From: Paramoeba atlantica
Taxonomy: Eukaryota > Protista > Discosea
DNA: 64,000 nucleotides
Direction: 5' to 3'
NCBI GenBank assembly: GCA_977017575.1
Contig: CDRNVI010000066.1
Span: forward strand, 248,001-312,000
Position numbers and translations under genes: made by a program. Position 1 is the first letter of the stretch; each line of letters opens with the position of its first letter. Shown in pieces: positions 58,396 to 64,000 of the stretch. The notes below the pieces were generated by a model that saw nothing but the letters and a program-made list of their open reading frames with translations, searched no databases and was not told where the DNA came from.

Positions 58396-59973
58396 TTTAA
58401 TTTGATAAAATGGCGGACGCGTCCGGGCCACGAGAGTCCACTGAAATCATGAATCTTCTCTCGCGTTCCACGCTTGATCGGGGGGTTTTGTTTTATCCTT
58501 CTGTGGGTAAATCAAGGCCTGCTAAACTCCGCGCGAGGTCGTTGCGCCAACTAGCGCGGCAGATGTCTTCTGGGTGCGAACTGGCAGTTGTATGGAGGCT
58601 CGAGAATACATCAGATTTTAAGCTATGGGAGGGGGTCGTTGAACGTTGGAGTCCATTCCGTGCAGGATATCCTCGTAATGAGGGTCGTTGGCGAGTGCGC
58701 TATGCTCAACGTCCGCGTGAAACACTTCCTTTTCCGCCTTATAATCCAGCAGTAGTACTGTGTGCAGCACGTCTGCGAGTGCCTAGGGATGTCTGTCGCA
58801 TGAAAAAGCGACATCGCAAATCGAGGAAACAGTCTGGCAAACGTTTTCTACGCGACTCGGAGGGTCCAAGAGACCTCGCTGTGAAGAAAATGCTCAGCAT
58901 TGCAACATTAAACGTGACTACTCTAAAGCTGAAGGGTGATGATGAATTTTCTCTACGAAAAAGTGCCCATCTGTATGAGGTAATTGGTTTTATGAATCGG
59001 AAAGGAGTTCATATACTATGTATGCAGGAGACGCGCTACAGGTTTTCATCTACCGAAATGGCTGAAGTCCTACATCGCAAAGTACGTTACCGGAAAACGG
59101 ATTATCATCTTTACCTCACATCGGCTCGCGCTAAAGACGCATATAATGGAATGGGTGTTATTAGCAGCACTCCACTGATTAATGTTTCAAAACTGACTGA
59201 GCGAATCATGGTAAGCGAATTTGAAATGGAGGACGGAGTTGGACACATTGTCAACGTTTATTCTCCTACTAGAGACTCTGCCGAGACAGAGATTACAGAG
59301 TTCCATGGGGATGTAGAATCCTGTTGCGCCGGAATTCGGGAGAACAATTTACACAGACCTCTCTTCGTTCTAGGTGACTTTAACTCACCACTTACACTTT
59401 TGACCAATAAGGATTTAGATCCACATGCAATTGCACGTTTCAAGGGATTATTGTGTTCAATCGGATGCAAATCTGCTCATGCTCTCTGTCCAAGCAGCCG
59501 AACATGGACATGCGAATTGCCAAACAACGCACCAAAGAGTGAAAAACAAACGAACGTCAAGAAGCCAAAGAGAGTCTTGCGGCAATTGGATCACATATGT
59601 ATTTGCAACAGATTTGCTTCTGCAATACAACGTCATAAAGTTATTATGGCACCTATTCCCACAACGCACTGCTGTGAACAAGCGCTCGTAAAAATAAAGT
59701 GGAAATCAAGTACTTCAAAGGCATCAAAAATCATTCCTTGGTTTCAACTTCGTGATGAAACAAAACGAGCGGAGTACGTCAAGAATGTGCATAAGAAATA
59801 TGAGCAAAATAGCGATGCACCAACCAAGTGGACAGCTCTCTCAAAATGCATTCTACAAGCAGCCAGAGAGCTCCACAGACCACAAAAACGGAATTCTGAT
59901 AGAAAGCCCGCACGAGAGTCCATGGCTCATGGGCTTAGAGAGTTATACCAACAGAGTAAAAGTATAGCAACTT

Positions 59974-60475
59974 ATTATTATTATTATTACGATTTAACGA
60001 TTGTGCATTCGTGTAGCCCCACTTTGCGTCATGTACATAGTGGTGAGTTGTTTAAAGCGTCTATATTGCGAAAACATAATCGATATGTGAAAACAGGTAT
60101 GTTCAAAGAAACTCAGTTTTTGTGTATACCAGCTTCGAATTTTGGTTTATTGCATGAGAATACGAAAAATTTAGTTGAAATACTTGCGGATCGGGCAAAG
60201 CTAGATAAAAAGACAACATTGAATCAATTTCAGTTGCTTATTGAAAAACTGTCTGCGCATACGATTTATACACAGCTGCGGCATCATTTACCCGCAGCGG
60301 ATTGGGTTTCTCCTTTAAAGGAGTGACTTGAGAAAATTGGGTCATTTTTGGGGAGCTGATGTAAATAGATAAGAAAAGAGAGGTAACATACGAGACACTG
60401 AGAAGCATCGTTGGAGATAGTGTTGGTGCGACTTTAGAAAAGAAAGGGCTATTAGTTCTGATCAACAAAAAAAAA
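59974..60475 (+). mobile_element. 5'-truncated, poly(A)-tailed CRE-family retrocopy inside the RTE-like element
   Basis: 8-bp TSD AGCAACTT (59966-59973 / 60476-60483); YDLTIVHSC..FGLLHE..QLRHHL; A-tail at 60467-60476. The host frame SIAT|FKSLVKEH resumes after it. Confidence 0.88.
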
Positions 60476-60773
60476 AGCAACTTTTAAGAGCCTGGTTAAG
60501 GAGCATAGAGCAGAAGTCGAGACGGAAATCACCAATGAATGTGTAGAGCTCGAAAAAAGTATTAAGAAAAACCACTCGAACCCATGGAGAACAGTACGAC
60601 AAGTGTGCGGAACTTACCGCGTGTCTTTCACTACGCCTGGTAATGCAAAGAAAAATAAGCTCCAAGAGGTACGTAAGCACTTTATGAATTTCACAGGGTA
60701 CGATCGGGGAGACCCCAACATTTCTTTTAATGAAGTACATCTTCCCTTTATACCTTTTACAATTCAGATCCCG

Positions 60774-61860
60774 GGGGAATCTTCATCTACATTTTTTGTT
60801 TTTTATTATTTTTTTTTATAAACCTCTTTTTCTTTCCGTATTGAAATAAACTGTATCTCAAAGGAACCTACTGACGAAGAAACTGACAGATGTTTTCAGA
60901 TAATGAATAATATGATTTTCTCTCATGTGTTGAGCCGGAACCAAAATTACTTTCTCAAGTTTTCATAATTAATAAAGAATGGTTGATTAAATCGCCGTAT
61001 CTTCTCGGCTCTGCGGCACTAGAAATTTGCCGAGTTTTTTTTTTTTGTTAACACCCTGAATTTTACATCATAATATATTTAGAAAAGGAAAACAAATTTC
61101 ATATTGTTCGCAAAGACATTCGATTAACTCATATACAAACCTATATTATTATTTTTTTATAGGGCCAAAGGTGGCAAAAACCAGCAATATGAACAAACAA
61201 GCAAAAAATTTTTTTTTTTTAAAAGTGGTCTTAAAACAAAAAGTGGTCTTAAACTGCACACTTCCTAAAATTCTTTTCGTAAACTCTTATAATATACTCG
61301 TCTAAATTTCATCACGTAAACTAATAATAATTATAATTAAACCTCCATGTACTTCTGTGCTCAAGACTAAGCGCTTGCTCAACATGAATCGGACAATATT
61401 GATATTTCCTCTTAGGAATACCCCATCTTCAATCTTCGAAAGAGACACTTGTGATTGTATTTCAAGAAGGCATTAGTAAGTAAACTTATAATCCTTGCAC
61501 GTTTCGGACCGGGTCTTTCGAGGAAAAAAAAACCTGATCCTACCTACCTCACGTTGGGGAACCTCACTCGAAAGAGCAAGGCGTGAGAGTAAGCACTGTC
61601 GGCACGATCAACTCCCGTAACGACCACATTTCGGAGGCACAGGTCGTAAAGTAAAAGGCATAAGATGGGAGTGCTGTCGGAGAGTCGAGAAAACCGACTA
61701 CATTCAGAGTCTGAGGCCTCCTAGCCACTTTTCGCCCTTGATGTGATTTCGCAGCTGCGACACGATTGTGTATGCTGGGAACTTTTCGTTCGCCGAGTTG
61801 CGAGAGAACAACCGATCCGTTGAATTCTTGTAATCGAAGTGTAAAATCTTGGATCACGTA
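60774..61860 (-). mobile_element. Insert containing a 5'-truncated RLE-element 3' end (minus strand)
   Basis: Possible 6-bp TSD ATCCCG (60768-60773 / 61861-61866); VIQDFTLRLQEFNGSVVLSQL resembles the C-terminus of 30771-31274; carries the conserved 3' motif at 61505-61610. Confidence 0.6.
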
Positions 61861-62278
61861 ATCCCGCGCTAATTATACCAATTTCAGATGGCAAGTTTAC
61901 TGCTGAGGAGCTCTTTTATTCGCTTTCGCACTTCGGGAAGAATAGAGCCCCAGGGGGGGACGGTATTCCCATGGAGGCCTTACAAGCAATTTCGACACAT
62001 CAGGATTTTAGAGATTTATTGCTGGAGCTAATCAATGAAGTGCATGAAACAGGCGTTACCGAAGCATCATGGAAAGTCATTCTTCAAATACCTATTCCAA
62101 AGAAAAGGGATTTATCGCAGCTTTCAAACTGGCGCCCTATTTGCCTTGTAAACAGTATAGTCAAGCTGATGAATTTTATGATTCTTACTCGCATCCGCCC
62201 CAGCGTGGAACCACTTCTTCGAGACAATCAATACGGTTTTCGTCAAAATAGATCAATTTGAATCAAATAGATCAAATT

Positions 62279-64000
62279 GAACACCTTTTTTATAAGAACA
62301 CCTTTTTTATAAGAACACCTTTTTTATAAGAACACCTTTTTTATAAGAACACCTTTTTTATAAGAACACCTTTTTTATAAGAACACCTTTTTTATAAGAA
62401 CACCTTTTTTATAAGAACACCTTTTTTATAAGAACACCTTTTTTATAAGAACACCTTTTTTATAAGAACACCTTTTTTATAAGAACACCTTTTTTATAAG
62501 AACACCTTTTTTATAAGAACACCTTTTTTATAAGAACACCTTTTTTATAAGAACACCTTTTTTATAAGAACACCTTTTTTATAAGAACACCTATTTTATA
62601 AGAACACCTTTTTTATAAGAACACCTTTTTGATAAGAACACCTTTTTTATAAGAACACCTTTTTTATAATGAACATCTAATGCATCCGGTTTTAGGTTGT
62701 AGTTTGTTTGCTCGTTTTTATGAACACCTTTTTTATAAGAACACCTTTTTTATAAGAACACCTTTTTTATAAGAACACCTTTTTTATAAGAACACCTTTT
62801 TTATAAGAACACCTTTTTTATAAGAACACCTTTTTTATAAGAACACCTTTTTTATAAGAACATCTTTTTTATAAGAACACCTTTTTTTATAAGAACACCT
62901 TTTTTATAAGAACACCTTTTTTATAAGAACACCTTTTTTATAAGAACACCTTTTTTATAAGAACACCTTTTTTATAAGAACACCTTTTTTATAAGAACAC
63001 CTTTTTTATAAGAACACCTTTTTTATAAGAACACCTTTTTTATAAGAACACCTTTTTTATAAGAACACCTTTTTTATAAGAACACCTTTTTTATAAGAAC
63101 ACCTTTTTTATAAGAACACCTTTTTTATAAGAACACTTTTTTTATAAGAACACCTTTTTTATAAGAACACCTTTTTTATAAGAACACCTTTTTTTATAAG
63201 AACACCTTTTTTATAAGAACACCTTTTTTATAAGAACACCTTTTTTATAAGAACACCTTTTTTATAAGAACACCTTTTTTATAAGAACACCTTTTTTATA
63301 AGAACACCTTTTTTATAAGAACACCTTTTTTATAAGAACACCTTTTTTATAAGAACACCTTTTTTATAAGAACACCTTTTTTATAAGAACACCTTTTTTA
63401 TAAGAACACCTTTTTTATAAGAACACCTTTTTTATAAGAACACCTTTTTTATAAGAACACCTTTTTTATAAGAACACCTTTTTTATAAGAACACCTTTTT
63501 TATAAGAACACCTTTTTTATAAGAACACCTTTTTTATAAGAACACCTTTTTTATAAGAACACCTTTTTTATAAGAACACCTTTTTTATAAGAACACCTAT
63601 TTTATAAGAACACCTTTTTTATAAGAACACCTTTTTTATAAGAACACCTTTTTTATAAGAACACCTTTTTTATAAGAACACCTTTTTTATAAGAACACCT
63701 TTTTTATAAGAACACCTTTTTTATAAGAACACCTTTTTTATAAGAACACCTTTTTTATAAGAACACCTTTTTTATAAGAACACCTTTTTTATAAGAACAC
63801 CTTTTTTATAAGAACACCTTTTTTATAAGAACACCTTTTTTATAAGAACACCTATTTTATAAGAACACCTTTTTTATAAGAACACCTTTTTGATAAGAAC
63901 ACCTTTTTTATAAGAACACCTTTTTTATAATGAACATCTAATGCATCCGGTTTTAGGTTGTAGTTTGTTTGCTCGTTTTTATGAACACCTTTTTTATAAG
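62279..64000. repeat. 17-bp satellite GAACACCTTTTTTATAA with ~1261-bp higher-order repeat
   Basis: About 95 monomers; a 51-nt spacer and the same variant monomers recur at ~62590-62720 and ~63850-63982; runs off the window end. Confidence 0.97.

Larger units (their letters stand above)
58410..62261 (+). mobile_element. RTE-like non-LTR retrotransposon (N-terminal module + APE + RT start), with two inserts and 3' break
   Basis: LSIATLNVTTL, ILCMQETR, VNVYSPT, FVLGDFNS, QLDHICI; RT start PGGDGIP, PIPKKRDLSQLSNWRPICL, NQYGFRQNRS. Confidence 0.85.

Noticed and set aside
58410-60326. Genuine Dualen/RandI element
   Set aside because: TSD and poly(A) show a nested CRE 3' fragment; no RT lies between the nucleases.

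Overview
Eukaryotic, AT-rich, transposon-saturated window, most likely from a kinetoplastid or another euglenozoan. The evidence for this is a recurring leader, ACGATAAAGATACAGTTTCTGTACCTTGTTG, that shares the GATACAGTTTCTGTAC core of kinetoplastid spliced leaders (SL). Only three host-type genes are supportable: an ATP-grasp+SET fusion, a REX1-like DEDDh exonuclease and a frameshifted amino-acid transporter. The rest is nested mobile DNA: CRE-clade RT-RLE non-LTR retrotransposons (several families), VIPER-like tyrosine-recombinase retrotransposons (gag-YR-RT/RH), RTE-like APE elements, a HERO-like fragment, Tc1, pogo and hAT DNA transposons, a palindromic-TIR MITE family, a tRNA-headed SINE-like element and a family of related 17-19 bp minisatellites. 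One VIPER-like element is complete, with A1-B1-A2-B2 split direct repeats and a 2-bp integration core. The main unexplained signal is nine SL remnants at eight loci. They sit immediately 5' of retroelement or orphan ORF start codons and are never followed by a GT donor. One is joined exactly at the genomic AG acceptor seen in the adjacent unspliced copy. This suggests these elements transpose through trans-spliced mRNA and that the YR split repeats restore the lost splice acceptor. A Tudor-like N-terminal module also appears to be shared by three unrelated retroelement classes. All family assignments are by eye from motifs; no database search was run. Some frameshifts and chimeras could be long-read or assembly errors.
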